Notes: generated by a model from the letters alone, not told the origin. A DNA stretch of 64,000 nucleotides from Eledone cirrhosa (GCA_964016885.1 OZ024743.1:235166001-235230000), one strand, 5' to 3'; shown: positions 47,571 to 61,745, counted from the first letter of the stretch. Made by a program: numbers and translations.

Positions 47571-49177
47571 GAGAAGTGTTGCTTCAATCAGTTTATTATT
47601 CCAATCATAAAAGATTTTCATCAGACTCATACAAAACAGAAAAGAGATTTAGATGAATATAACCTAGGGAACAGACAGGCTTCAGAAAGAAATTCTTTAT
47701 AACAGATCATCTTCAATCAATGAAGTCAAACAAGTGCCAACAAGACTCTGTAGAGCCTTCCTAGATGCCCTCATCCCAATATGAAACCTATGTTACCTTC
47801 TTTAAAAAGATCAACAAATCCATAACAGCTAAGATACACCAGGATGAAAACTGTTCAGAAAAGGTGTTTGTACAATGAAGAGTCAGGCAGGGAGTCCTCA
47901 AATGTTAATGGAACAGGCAAACAATCAGAGTGTGAAATGCAAATGGCAAATTGTGGAAGAACAAAAGAGGCCTTAAAATCTACTAGACCCATATGAAATG
48001 CTTGGAGCAAGAGTGAGGTGCAGCACACAGGCCTTTGACATGGTTCCACAATCATTAAGATGTCTTAACTCTTTCAGCATAATTCACCATTAGCAATGGG
48101 TTAAATGGCCCCTACTCTGTAATGAATAACATCTTCCAAGAAAACAGCCATTGTGCTTGCGAATGAAGGCACAAAGAAAGTCAACAGGTGGCTTTGGATT
48201 GAAAAGATTGATCTGTGGCTGATTGTTGTTGGGATGAAAATCAGGGTCTGATCAACAGTGGATGTGTCATCTGTTGAAAAACTCAAAGCACTCAATGACC
48301 TCAGGTCATATCACAGCTCATCTACAAGGATGTCTTGTGCATTGGGTAAAATGCTGCCATTTATGTAAAACAAGCTTATTCACACAGGAATAAAACTGAA
48401 CAAGTGTGATGTGGCAAAACATTTACATATATGAGCATAGAAAAAAATCATCACAGAGCCACAACAAAAACTGCATGTAATTTTGTCCTATACTCTAACA
48501 ACTCTGCCAATTCACTGCCATTAAAAAACATTTTATTTCATGTGCATAATGCAAATTTTTCCCTTTCATAAAATTCAGTAATCTATTTTTCCCTAGTCAC
48601 AAATTTTAACCCTTTCATCACCATATTTCTAACAAATGATCTACACAATAAAAGAAAATTACACGCTGTAAAGAGGTTGGCGTTAGGAAGGGCATCCAAC
48701 CATAGAAAGCTTACCAAACAATGAGTTATGAGGACCCTTCAGTTTGTGTGAAAAGACACAACTTCTCTGCATTGATATAACTGTACGTAAGCACGATACA
48801 GAGCCCATGGTCAATCTGGGAGGTCAGTAGGCCCACTTCAGTACTGACTTGGTCTATGTAGACCCATCTAACCCTTATTAGCAAGGAAAGCGAGTGTTAC
48901 ATGATGATGATGACATTGCCTATAATTTTAGTCTATCCTGTGTTCAAAATGTTTAGTAAAGAACAATTTCTTAGATTCACTTTAACAAGCCTAAAATCTG
49001 ACTTAACACATTTTGCCATACATTTCTTCAGTCATGGCTACTCACCACTCACACATTTTCATCCAGCACTCATCATTGTCAATTTACATCACATGTCCAT
49101 ACCTGAACAGTTGTCTCTTACATACATCAGTTGGTGATACCTTTAATAGCCATGATGCATCATATTTCTTTGCACAT

Positions 49178-49420
49178 TAAAAAAAATAAGATAGTTAACC
49201 TGTGAATGGCTTCTTGGACTAGTGACATTGATGTGGTTTATGTTTAATATGAATATATCTTCATTGATATCTTCTGGAAAAACATTGGCAGGGAGAGAAT
49301 TCCAGAGACTTGCAGTTCTGGAGTAGAAGGACTGTTATTTTATGTTGGATCTAGCAAGTGAGAAAAAGATGGAGACGTCTGTGTAGAGGGTAAATGCAGT
49401 TTGTCAGTTCAGAGTTGCAG
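49178..49420 (-). mobile_element. LINE (CR1/Jockey-group) 3' fragment
   Basis: Minus strand SFYSRTASLWNSLPANVFP. Confidence 0.6.
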
Positions 49421-49554
49421 ACTGTTGTAGTAGCTAAAGAAAAAACAGAGTTTTCAAATAAATAATTCAGCTATAAAGCCCATAAATTCTAGTACGTAAA
49501 AATGAGAACTATTTCAGAAACTATCATTAGTTATAGGTGTGTAGAGAGGCTCAC

Positions 49555-49618
49555 CAAATCATAACGTCTTCACTGTCTTCATGGTTATGTTCCAGTGTCT
49601 CTTCTCTCCTCCAGTAAA
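49555..49618 (-). other. Candidate coding exon (paralogue of 54916-55019)
   Basis: TTACAG acceptor, GTGAG donor, open frame YWRREETLEHNHEDSEDVMI. Confidence 0.45.
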
Positions 49619-49749
49619 CTGTAATATATATGGACATATAGATATATTATTGCCAACAGTTTCATACTCATTCTTTTAACAGAGCTGTGTAACTAGTGCT
49701 GTATAAATGATAAAAAATTTGATACAATGTAGTATATACAATTATGGCA

Positions 49750-51647
49750 AGGAGCTCAGCCCGGTGCAACTGGGTGTCACCATGTCCGGTGGCCGCACAT
49801 GTAATTCTTCAATAGCTGCCCAGCGGAACTGGCATTCAGTGCTCCAGGCATCTCATTGTCAAGCTTGACATGAGGAATGCCTTTAACTGCCTACACTGTG
49901 AGCATCTGCTCGATGCCTGCCTCAGCTGAGCTCCCTCTGCCTACCCACTGGCCTACCTATTATATGGGGCCCCGAGCATGCTCCTTGCTGCTGATATGGT
50001 CATACCTTCAGCCACTGGGGTCCAACAGGGTGACCCTTTGGGCCCCCTCCTATTAGCTCTTGGTATAGAGCACATTGCTCCGAGTATCACGCCCCCTCTC
50101 AACGCTTGGTACCTGGATGATGCTACATTGGGCGGGCCTGTGGAGACTGTCTGTCACAACCTACAATCGGTGGTTCCTGCTCTGGCAGGAATCGGCCTCC
50201 AGGTCAACTTGTCCAAGTTGGAGGTGGTGAATGTCTACCACGAAGCTGAGAGCTCTTCAGCCTCCATCTTGGACATGTGGTCTATTCTCCTCCTTCCGGT
50301 CCAGGCTCCAGCAACTCAAGACCCTCACGAGCCGACTGGGCATGATTGACGCCCACCCAGCCCTCTTCCAGTTGAGAAACTGCTTCACCATGCCGAAGCT
50401 CCTCTATACTCTTCGTAGCGCTCCATGCTGACCTCGACACCTGTATCCGAGTGGCAGCTGAGCAGATATGCAGCGTCAGATTTGACGACATTGGATGGTA
50501 ACAGGTCACCTTACCTGTTAGATATGGTGGCCTTGGCCTCTGGTCCCTGATCTTGCTGGCTTTGTTGGTTTCTTTCATCAGTACCCTCATGCCGCGTCCT
50601 CGTCAACATGGTTCTCCTAAACAGAATGGAACCCACTGTGATCTAGGAACATGAAGCCGCCCCTCGTCAACATGGTTCTCCTAAACACAATGGAACCCAC
50701 TGTGATCTAGGAACATGAGGCCGCCTGCGAGACGTGGAACCAGCTTGGACTTAGCCGAGTAGATGTCTCTCCTCTTTCTCCCCCTGCTGACGTTAAATTG
50801 ACCCAGAGTATTTGGGATGCCATCCAGTGCAACCTGGCCTCAGAGAGGCTAGCGTGCCAGCACCACCTTGCATGTTTTCGCATGGCCTCACAACCCCCAC
50901 AACGGTGCCTGGCTCCATGCCTTACCTTCCTTCTCCACTGGCACACAGCTGGACAATGATAGCCTGTGCATCGGGGTTTCCCTGAGGCTTGGCCTCCGGC
51001 ACTGCGAGCCACACAAATGTCACTGTGGATCCACCGTGGACTCTTTCGGCCTCCACCTGCTTTCCTGTCGCTACAATGCAGGCTTCCCCTTCTAGCTTGA
51101 GCCGGTGGGGCTGGACTGAGGGGACGGCAAAAAGCCAGACGGTATGACCATCTTCCTGTTCCGCGGTGGTAAGCCCCTTGTCTGGGATGCCACTTACAGC
51201 AACACATTCTCTAGCTACAACTTGGTGCAGTCTGAGACTAACCCAGGTTCTGCTTCACTTCGGGCTGAGGAGGGTAAACTTTCCAAGTACCGGTCGCTCT
51301 CTGACAGGTTTGCAGTCGAGTCCCTAGCAGTGGAGACTTCAGGTGTCCTTGGCCCTAAGGCTACCTCCCTACTTACGACCATAAGCTCTGAGCTGGCTAG
51401 CTGCAGGTATGAGCCTCATGAGATGGAATGGCTCTTCCAGCGCATCTCTCTTACCATTCTCCGGGAAATGCCGTCTCCATTCTGTCTGCCGGGGCCATGG
51501 GGCGGCCAACACGTGTGACCCCATTTGCTCATAATACAGAGAGATAGGGAGGCGAGAGAGATGGAGGTGATGACAATAGGAGTTTGGCTCTTCTGTGTTC
51601 GGACCTGGTGTGCAGTGTCATTTGTGCGTAAGGAGATAGTGAATCAA
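49750..51647 (+). mobile_element. CRE-clade LINE, second copy (RT, Cys/His motif, RLE endonuclease, 3' UTR), decayed
   Basis: GVQQGDPLGP, WYLDD, CHCG..HLLSC, KPDGMT..GKPLVWDAT, LAVETSG, LFQRISLTILRG; 64-bp internal tandem duplication at about 50598-50725. Confidence 0.88.
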
Positions 51648-52199
51648 CAATTACGAATGGCAACAACAATGGCCGTTATACACTATACAAGACATATAAG
51701 ATGTCTAGCTTTACATATCCTTGAAACATAAAGGCTTAATACCATGTGTTAAGTCTGAGGTAGGAAGGGCAGCAAACTGTAGAAACCATACTATAGAGGA
51801 GTGTACAAACAAGATGCCCTCTAATTTGTCTAGGACAGTAGTAACTCCAAATAAGAACTGACTCAGCCTGTGATGACAAAATTAATGATTTTACTTTGTC
51901 TTCTTGGTAAGTGGGATAAATTCCCAACCACTGTCCATTATACTCTGTTATATATTTAGCTTTCTTTCATTTTAAGTAGACATTATGTATCAATAAAACC
52001 CGGCAATCTCCAGTAAATAGTCAGCCAATGAAATTCATAGAATAAAGGAATAAAATCAAAATGAAAGCAATAAGGCATTTCATTTCATATTCTTTTAAAT
52101 CAACCTCAAGAATTTTCGTTCATATTTTCTTTAATCATTATCAAATATAATCTAATTTTAAACAAATTCATTATGAATTTACGTGTACAGATTAATTGG

Positions 52200-54105
52200 G
52201 CCAACTGATTGCCATCTAGCTATCTGCAACCTGAGACTATCTAAAGCAAGGAAAACCCACTGCCAGGTCCAGCTTGACCTACAGGATAAAGTGGGAAGTG
52301 GTGTCAGATAAGGTCAGGATGAGGTATGTGGATACTATTGCACCCAAATTCAGAGAACTCCCTGAACAAACTGAGGACATTGAAATGGAGTGGAGACTGT
52401 TCAGCTTGCTAGTTTTTGCTTCAGCTGTTGAATATTGTGGGTGAAAGTGGCTTGATGTAGCATAGGGTGGAAGAACTCCTTGGTTCAATCAGGAGGTTAA
52501 AGATGCCATTTGAACAAAGAAGGTGATTTACAAAGCTTGGCTTGGAAATAAGTTCTCCTTCTGGTACTTGCAGTATGAGCAAGTGCAAAACGTCACAGCA
52601 GAGACAGTAAAGGTGTCCAAAGTTAAGACATGGGAGGACTTTGGGATTAAGCTGGAATCCAACTTTAGATCAGCAAATAAACTATTCTGGCAAACCAACC
52701 ACTTTGTCACAACAGCATCTTCTGATGTACACGAGATGAATCTGTTAGTGATAACTAACTTCTTGGATGCTGAGTTCACAAGAACAATTAAAGAGCTCGA
52801 ATATGGCAAGGCCACTGGAGAGGATGAAATTTGGCCCAAGATGTTAAAAGCCTTTGAGAAGGTATTCTCTGGCTGACTCATGTGTGGTGGGTAGCCTAGA
52901 TCTCTGGAAAGGCACCTAAACAATGACAATTGGGAGTGATAATCCTAATTTTCAAAAAGAGAGACAAGAGATATTGCTCTAATTATAGAAGGATCTCCTT
53001 GTTCAGCCTCCCCAGTAAAATCTATGCTAAGTGTCTGACAAAGAAGTGAGAGATTGTTGAGTCTAAACCAGCAGGCAAAGAGTGTGATGTGTCCTTGACA
53101 CAACACAGCCTACCAAATATTGACACTGTGGCAGATCTTCAAATCATGGGAGTATTGCCAAGAGGTGTATGTTTGTTTCTTAGACCTCAAAAAGCATATG
53201 ACCACGTTTCATGGAACCTGTTGTGGAAGGTTCTACAGAAGTATGAGATCGATGGACAGCTTCTTGTTGCCCTGAAGTCTCTCTACAAATGTCCTAGCAT
53301 TTGTGTTCAGATAAATGGTGCTAAGTTGAAACCATTCAATGTGGGTGTTGGACTCTGCCAAGGGTGTGTATTGTCACCTCTCCTGTTCATAATCTTCATG
53401 AAAAGGATTGACATGCGCAGCCAGGTTGGACATGGTATAAATGACTGACAGGTGTAGGATCAGTCAGATGGAATTTTCAGATGACATGGTATTCGTCATC
53501 ATTGGAAGGTATCGTCAACATGCACTTGATAGGTTTGCTGTTGAGTGATGCAAGGCAGGAATGAAAATTAGTACTGAGAAGACAGGAAGCCTATGCAGTG
53601 CACTCTATATGTAAGTGGAGTTCTACTGAAGCAAGTGGAGAAATTCAAGTATCTCAAGGCTGTTTTCATGAGTGAAGGAGGGCAGGAATCTGAATTAAGT
53701 ACAAGAATTGCAGGAGCTGGTGCAGTAATACGCTAGCTTCAGCATTCCGTCATCAGAAGGGAAGTAGGTGTAAAAGCCAAACTTGCTATTTTCAATTCGG
53801 TATTTGTGCCAACCCTTCTATGGTCATGAATTTTGCGTATTGATCAAAAGAATATGATCACAAATACAAGTGGCCGAAATGGGGTTCCTTCTAGAGGATC
53901 TTTGTAGTTACGTTACTCGATAGAGTATGTAGCTTGGCAACGGGAGACGCCAAAGATAGAGCTACTACATTTCTGTATTGAGATGTCACAGCTCCGATAC
54001 TCCATACGAAACCAACCAGCAAGATGGTTGGATAATATTCTTGAGCTCAGCTGGAAGGTATGCTTCAGGACTCTGCTCCACGACCCTCCCGTGAATAAAC
54101 AGGGG
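52200..54105 (+). mobile_element. RTE family-2 RT region, decayed
   Basis: KATGEDEI, NYRRISL, KAYDHV, GLCQGCVLSPLLF, FSDD, KFKYL, with many stops. Confidence 0.85.
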
Positions 54106-54915
54106 AAAAAAAACTCAATCAAGTATCATTCATTTCATTGCCCGATTACATACAGCCATTGCTAAAATTCGGTGAGACGTGATGTCTACTTAAAACGATC
54201 TATTTGGTGCTTCAGTATACACACCATAACTATCTGTTTAATTAATTCATTAGACACTACAGTACAGTGACTTACATTCTTTAAATAACGAAATATGTAG
54301 ACACTTCTTGACCGTGTATACTTAATATTAGAACAAAAGCAAAATCCTACACAAGCCAACTAGAAGCTTTACGTGATCGTGTTTTATTACTGATTCTTTG
54401 CCGTCCATTTATGTTTTATTTAAATTTTCCCAGGAAGCTGTTTGATAAAATAGCTTCCATATGATCTTGAAACTTAAAACACCAGGCTGCATTTTGCTAT
54501 TAGTTACTCAACGTCAACTCTTATCCAGCAGATAACTTTATTATATGGTGTTCTTCATTTTAAAGATGGTAGGGTATGGATTGAGGGAGATATGATTGCT
54601 ATTTCTAGCAGATCGTACAACAGTACAGAAGTTCCCTCGCTCGTTTCTATTTTTAGTCAATATTTTACTTGTCAACATATGTAGTAGTATCTTCCCTTAA
54701 AAGGTAAACGACGAAGAAGTGAGCCTTTTCACATTTCCAGTATTTAATGGAAGAAAATATCGATTAGTAAAATTAATATATCTCTTACTGCAATAGCATG
54801 CATAACTACGAATATGTAAAATTAAATATTCATTTTTTTTTTGTCAACAGTTATACATTTTTCACGTCATCCATAGTAGTAAAACGTTACAAGTCATGGT
54901 CTAGACGAGACTCAC

Positions 54916-55019
54916 CATATCATAACGTCCTCACAGCCTTCATGATCAAGTTCTAATGTTGAGTAAAAGGGGCACTTTGAGCCGTCGTCTTTGCTTTTGT
55001 TAAACATGTTCAGTAATGT
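54916..55019 (-). other. Candidate coding exon
   Basis: CAG acceptor, GTGAGT donor, open frame TLLNMFNKSKDDGSKCPFYSTLELDHEGCEDVMI. Confidence 0.5.
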
Positions 55020-55973
55020 CTGCTGCACAACGATATAGGTATAAATCTTGATTAAAAATGCAATGCTTGCAACGTTAAGTAAATCAGCACTGAGGTCACA
55101 TACACACAGACAGAGTTATGATTACTGAGGGTTTCGTATTTAGTCGTTTAACAACCGGTGTAAGTAGTGTTGAGTAAATGATAAAACAATAATATATCAC
55201 TATATAACGATAAGGTTAGCTATAAGAGGCGCAGTGGGAAGTTGAAATTCTCGTCAATAGTGAAAGAGTTTTCATTTTTATTACATTATACATTTCACTA
55301 TAATGAAAAATTACAATTTCTTTCTTTTCGTAAAATTACAAGAGACAAATTATAACACTACACCGAACACTTATGAAAGAATAGCTAAGGGGAAAAAACT
55401 CAAATACGTAAATAGCGTTGAACGAGTAGCTGTTGAGTAATGTATGCAAAAAATAAAATAAAAATCTTAATGAATTAAAAAAAGTAACTAAGGAATAGCG
55501 GCAACCGTTAGCGATTCAGAAAAGAATTATTTCCCACTGAAATTGATGTGGTGGTGGTGGTGGGAGTCTTTTTATAAATTTATCGTAATTTCAATAGGAA
55601 CGAAAGAAAGTGTATTGAAATGTGTTTGCTTCTGTTCAGAAAGATTAACTAGCCTTCTCCCGACACAGGGGTGAGGGGACCTACAAACAGAGAAAATAAG
55701 GGAGGGAGTGTGGGACACACCTATAAGGGAACAGGTCATTTCTCGATAAGGGGGTGAGAGTTAATTATGACATCGGTGGATATTTTTTAAAGCGCTGTGA
55801 AGTTTTATTGTCGGCTGAAATAAACTAAAAAAAAAAAGGTGGGAGGAGGATATGAAACATTAATCAGGGATCAACCAGCTCATAAATAAAATTCAAGGTA
55901 GCGATAGAACATATTTAATGCATTCGTATACAAATTTATATTACACTTTGTTTAGCATTATTTACGGTCACCT

Positions 55974-56159
55974 AGGGCGGTTGATTGGCAGTATCGGTAG
56001 AGGGTCGGACGCCATGCTTTCCAGCATAGTTACGTCCCTTTACGATCTGAGTTCAAATCCCGCCGAGGTTGACTTGGCCTTTCATCCTTACGGGGTCGAT
56101 AAAATAAAGTACCAGTAATGTACTGGGTAATTGCTGGCCTTGTGCCAAAAGTAGAAACA
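55974..56159 (+). mobile_element. Young full-length SINE with 17-bp TSD
   Basis: ATTATTTACGGTCACCT at 55957-55973 and 56160-56176; B box GAGTTCAAATCCC. Confidence 0.92.
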
Positions 56160-56799
56160 ATTATTTACGGTCACCTCAAGCAAGCTGTAATACTTTCATA
56201 AAATTTATTCTTTTAATTATTTCAGAATAGTGTATATATAATGCCTATTTTATTGTTATTGTTTGTTAAGCTACATTCATTAAAGATATTCCAGCCACGA
56301 CGATCTCGTCTTTCCCCCCAGGTATAGTTTATATTAGCTATTTGGCAAATACAAATAACCAGATGTCTTCCTATTTATAAGGCGGTAGGAAAAATATAGT
56401 CGTTATTTCTAGCAAGTAGAGTGCTTCTTTTGGTCTTGGGCTTTGTCCCTATATAAAGGGTGTAGAAGAGGTCTTTGTCATTTAAAATAAATATTAAGGT
56501 ATGTAACTTTTGTTAGATGTATTTAGCATAAATGGTTACTATGTTGTTAGTTTACAGATATATTTTATTTCCTCTCTCCAAAAATGTTATACTAAAGACT
56601 GACCGGGCTTGTATCGTGGGAGCAGCGGTGGTATATGTTGCTGATATCTACATACAAACACATGTCGACATATGTATCTCAACAAATAGTGTTACCGATA
56701 GGATCAAAATTGTTGAACCATAGTTAAAATGCTTTGTAGGACACTTAAATAAATTGAAAGACAGAGATGATCATAGATGTCCGAAGATCACGTGGTATA

Positions 56800-56972
56800 A
56801 TGCTTTGCGGCATTTAGTTACGTCCCGAGGTCAAATTCCACCAAGGCTAGTTTTTTCCTTTCATCCTTGCGGGGTAAATTAAGTAAAGTACCAGTAACGC
56901 ACTGGAATCGATATAATCGACTTTCCTCTTCCTCGAATTGCTGGCCTTGTGCCAAAAGCGGAAACAATTATA
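56800..56972 (+). mobile_element. SINE
   Basis: Family core and tail. Confidence 0.75.
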
Positions 56973-57539
56973 TCATGTAAAGCCGTATACTTTAAGGTGT
57001 GGTTAACGGTTCATCTACATCAGCTGGAGGACGTATTTCAACGAGATGCCTGCATGCATGGATCCGTAACTCCTGATGGCGTTATAGAAATGCCATAGTG
57101 ACATTCTATAACCTGATGAAGCCTGCCCGTTCTCTAGGTCCGAACACAACCGAATTCATCCAGAGAAGGACAGAGAGAGAAGAATCGATCCCAGTACTGG
57201 ATTGGTACTTTCTTATCGCCCTCAAAAGGATGAAAGGCCAAGTCGATCTCAGCAGGTTTTGAACTCAGAGCCAGAACATAAAGCATTCTATCCAACATTC
57301 TAATGACTCCATTTCAGCAGGATAGGAGAGAGTATAATGAATGTAAATCTCAAAGAAATTGATTATTACTAAATAAACAAGGTTTATGTGTTCTTCCTGT
57401 CCAGAATCTTGTCCCTCAAGAACTCATCCACTGCTCATAATTTTCCCCAACCAAGTGTCATCCACATGCAGTTTTAACACTTTATGCTAAGCCTACAATG
57501 ATTCCATTAACAGGGCCAGGAAAGCATCCTTTAATGGGG

Positions 57540-58233
57540 TCATGCCAACCCTATCTAATTCAATAGCAAAAAGTACAAGCCCTGTTCATGTCAAAAAAAC
57601 ATCACACTTCACCTTCCATAAGCATGACCTTACAATTACTGAGGATCTCTTATGAAAAATGTACATCCTTAACATAAATAGAGTCACATCCCAATGACTG
57701 GGTCTTCTCTACCAGCCAGAAAATGCTTCAATCCCCATCAAATGACTACTTACAAAGCTCAGATGAAACCCTTAATGGAATACTGCTCCCACATCTGGTG
57801 CAATGTTGCTGTTACCCACACTGGCATATTGACTGCATCCAGAAAAAAAGCTACTGTGTTAATTAGTTTAAAGTCACTCTCTGTAACTCTTTAACCTTTG
57901 GTTACCACATGCTGTCTCCCTCTGCTTATCATTACTATAATTGTCTCTACTCCTGAAATCTTGTAGGACTCATGCTACCTCCCCTCAGGCACTCTTTCCT
58001 CATTCATCTCTCCTCTCATCACCAAGGTTGTGTCCAACTCCTTGAGCATTGCACTAATCACTACACCTAGATTTTTTTGCTCTGAATTTAGGCTCTCTGG
58101 AACTCCTTCCCAGCTCATGTCTATCCCAAAAGCATGGGCCTGCAACAATTTAAACAGAACATTAATGACATCAATCTCTCTAGTCTTAGAAGGTCTGCGA
58201 AGACTATGAGCACTGCCTACCAATTAAAAAAAA
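57540..58233 (+). mobile_element. CR1/Jockey-group LINE 3' fragment with poly(A)
   Basis: YKAQMKPLMEYCSHIW; RLSGTP (LWNSLP-like region); A-tail. Confidence 0.7.
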
Positions 58234-58571
58234 TAGTTAGAGCCCACATCTCTTCAAAGATGTAGCATTAGCTATTTAAAATGCCATCCCTGAACAATAC
58301 TATTCTGCCATAAATATTTTAAATATCTAGTTTGTTATGTTTTTATAGCTAACTCCTTGTTAATGTTGATTTTCTTGTATTTCAGTAAATGTTTCCATCT
58401 TGAAAACTATATTTCTAAATGAAATTGTTATCATTGAACTGTGTTAACTAAAATATATATTGTGAGAGTTTAACAGAATATTGAAAACTTGTCAGATTTA
58501 TATTTTGGGAAATACAAGCTACCATTATATTGTATCTATTATAGTTTGTGGTGTGAATCTATACCAACAAG

Positions 58572-59707
58572 ATGGAAGAGAACATAGTTGATGCTGAAAA
58601 GACAAAATACCTTTGTGAAATTTGTGATAAAAAGTGTTTACATATTTCACACTTTAAATCACATAAACAGTCTCATACTGCAGAGAAACCATATCATTGA
58701 ATTATATGTAGTAAGGCCTTATTATATAATAGTTACTTAAAAGTACATAAAGTACATAAAGTAGTTGTGATATGGCTTTCAAAACCCAAAGAGGCATAAA
58801 ATGGTACACACAGGAGAGAAGTCATTCTACTGTGAGATTTGTGGCAAGTCTTTCTCAACTAATGTTGTATTAAAGCAACATAGTGCTTCATACTGGAGAT
58901 AAACTATACAAATGCAACATCTGTGATGAAGCATTCTCAAGAAGAAATCAGTTATCTAGGCATAACATTGTTTATTAAAGCAATATGTTAGTTTTTACTG
59001 GAGATAAATTGTACAAATGTGAAATTTGTAATGAATCATTCTCTAGAAGAGGTGAATCTACTAAGCATAAAATGTTTCATACTGTAGTGAAACATTACTA
59101 CTGCAACTTTTGTGGTAATACTTTCTGGCGTAATGCTGACTTAATGAAACATAAGACAGTCTATGTAGCAGAATCTTATGCTTCTAATCTACTCTGCTGT
59201 GATATTTGGGTAAAGTATTTGTGTGCACTTGAAATTTAAAGAGACATAAACTCCTTCATACAGGAGAGAAACCCTACTGTTTTGAAATCTGTGGTAAATC
59301 ATTCTCATGCAAGGATCACTTAAAGAACCATAAACTAATTCATACTGGAATGAAACCATACAGCTGTGGTATTTGTGGAAAAGTATTTTCATTAAAATCT
59401 AATAAAGATAGTCAAAAACATTCACACTGGAGAGATACCATACCACTGTGAATTTTGTGAAAAAACCTTTTCTGGATGTTCTAACTTGAAAAATCATAAA
59501 TTAGTTCATTCAGGCGAGAGGCCCTATCAATGTGAGATTTGTCACAAGACTTACTTATGTATTACAGATTTAAAGAAACATTATGTAATTCATACAAAGA
59601 ATAAAACACATAAATGTGAAATCTGTGGTAAAACTTTCTGGTATAAAAGTAACTTAAATCAACATTACATGGTTCACACAGAACAGAAATCTTCATTATT
59701 ATTTTAA
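58572..59707 (+). pseudogene. C2H2-ZNF pseudogene, roughly a dozen finger remnants
   Basis: MEENIVDAEKTKYLCEICDKK..HTAEKPYH then TGA replacing Cys; several frameshifts; acceptor TGTATTTCAG at 58385, as in the intact gene. Confidence 0.85.
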
Positions 59708-60029
59708 TGTTTGATGTCTATGCTGACATGGGTCTGTTTTATAGCATATTGACACTCTCCTTGATCCTTCGTCATTTGGTGAGTAAACCCCAACATTTGA
59801 CAATATCACTTCTTCCTATATCTTCCACTGTTTCTTATCCAGCAGTTTTGTTTGACTGGCATCACACTGACTGATTTCCTGCTTATCGATTGATTCAATT
59901 TGTACTTGATTTTTTTGCAAGTTAACATTAAACATCCACTGTATTCTCTTCATTTATCCTCTACCAATCTATATTCAGTACTCATGTCTCACTACCATAC
60001 AAAATAACATCCCCTAATGTTAAATTAAT

Positions 60030-60240
60030 GTTTTCTCATTTAGGCACAGGACCAGCAATTTGTGAGAAAAGGGAATGTCAATTATATAAACACAGTTTTG
60101 AGCTGGTACATTATTTAATCGACTCCAGAATAATGAAATGCAAAGTTGACCTCAACAGGATTTGAACTCGAAATATAAAGGGCCAGAATGGATATTGCAA
60201 AGCATTTCAGTTGATGCATTAACAATTCTCCTAATCTGTC
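60030..60240 (-). mobile_element. SINE (diverged)
   Basis: Reverse family core. Confidence 0.7.
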
Positions 60241-60544
60241 TTTAAATCATAAATTAATATATTATAATACAAACTAATTTATTTCAAATTAAGGTTAAAT
60301 TTCAAAAAACCAGTGCAATGCAGTAGAAATATATAAAGGGCAAAGAATGATATAAAATAAAACAAAGTAATGTTTCACTCAGTATATTTCAACATGATAT
60401 TTCAGAGCTATTACCCTCCTTTCAAATGTGAAACAGAAATGGTTCAAAACAAAAACAAACAATCAATGTGTTCTTCCTTAACTGGTCTAAGTATCTGAAA
60501 TATGCACATGTAAAGTTGTTATAGTAGCCAATCTCCTTCGTGCA

Positions 60545-61745
60545 CTCCTAATCTATTATCTATCTGAAGTCGGTTTACAGCTTCACCCCAAAGTCCTCTG
60601 TCTTAACTTTGGATGCCTTTACTGCTTCTGCTGTGACTTTTCATGCCTGTTTGTATTGCAAGTGCAAGAAGGACTTAACACAAACAACCAACTCAGAATC
60701 AAAGAGATCAGAGACAATATCAAAATCAATTATTGATCTCTCTCCCTGATTTCCCTTATACCATGTATGGATGTCTCTGTGCTGGAAGGTATTCATAATT
60801 GAGAGTCCATTGCTACAACAGAAGTCTAATAAGGCCTCTCCATTCATATTTTGATCGGGGTCGCCATTCCTTCCAATCACTCCTTTCCATGTCAGGTGGT
60901 CAGTGCCAACATGTGCATTGAAATCTCCCATTAGGATATATGACTGTCATAACTACATCAAATGTTGCAGTGACTGTGTTTGGGCTCTCTGTTTGGCACA
61001 TAAACTTGCACCACCCACAGAGACCATTTTTTCAGCTTAAACTTCAAGAGGCAAATATTCCCTCCCAATGGGATCCAGTTCATAACACATTCTGTCAGCC
61101 AGGGGCTTATAAGTATCCTTACTCCCACCTCTGCAGTCTTTTCTGGTGCCACACTTGAATAGTGGAATTTCCATCTTCCATCCAAATCTACAGTCCTAGA
61201 TCCACAAAACTTTGTTGAGGAAACCCTGGCTATATCTACCAGGTAGCATTTGTCCTCCTCCACTAATTCTTGCTCCTTGCCTGTAAGGGTTGTAACGTTT
61301 TAGTAACCAACTGTCAAGGTTTGCTCCCTTCCAGACCCTCTCTGGCATCTCAGGCTACGTTTCCTTTGTGCCAAAGACAGGTCGCAGGTCCATCGCCCAT
61401 TTTTCCGGTGTTGGATGGAGACTGCTTCCCTTGTTATCCTGCGCGAAGGACAATACAGTATGACTGCTTTTGTTGTGTCTAGCCATATTACAGTGTTTTC
61501 ATCTCATTCACGCCAGTCACCAAATTGGTACTTTTCTCAGATCCGCAAGGACTAGGCTCTTTTACTCCTCATTGTTGCTACATCATTGGGTTGTATGTTT
61601 TCTTGAGAGCTAACAGTATCACCCATTGTTCCATCTCCTCTGGTAATTTACCACTGTTGGTCTTAGGTTGTTTATTCGTCCAGCAGGAGCCTGCCTATAT
61701 CGCAATTAACCATCATATCTGTTGGTCATATCACTATCTGCCAAG
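60545..61745 (-). mobile_element. RTE family-2 5' part: 5' UTR and AP endonuclease
   Basis: [29 protein letters not shown]. Confidence 0.85.

Noticed and set aside
57113-57150. CTGATGA followed by a hairpin
   Set aside because: Followed by GAAC, not GAAA; homologous SINE-tail copies have CTGGTGA/CAGGTGG/CTAGTGG, so the core is not conserved
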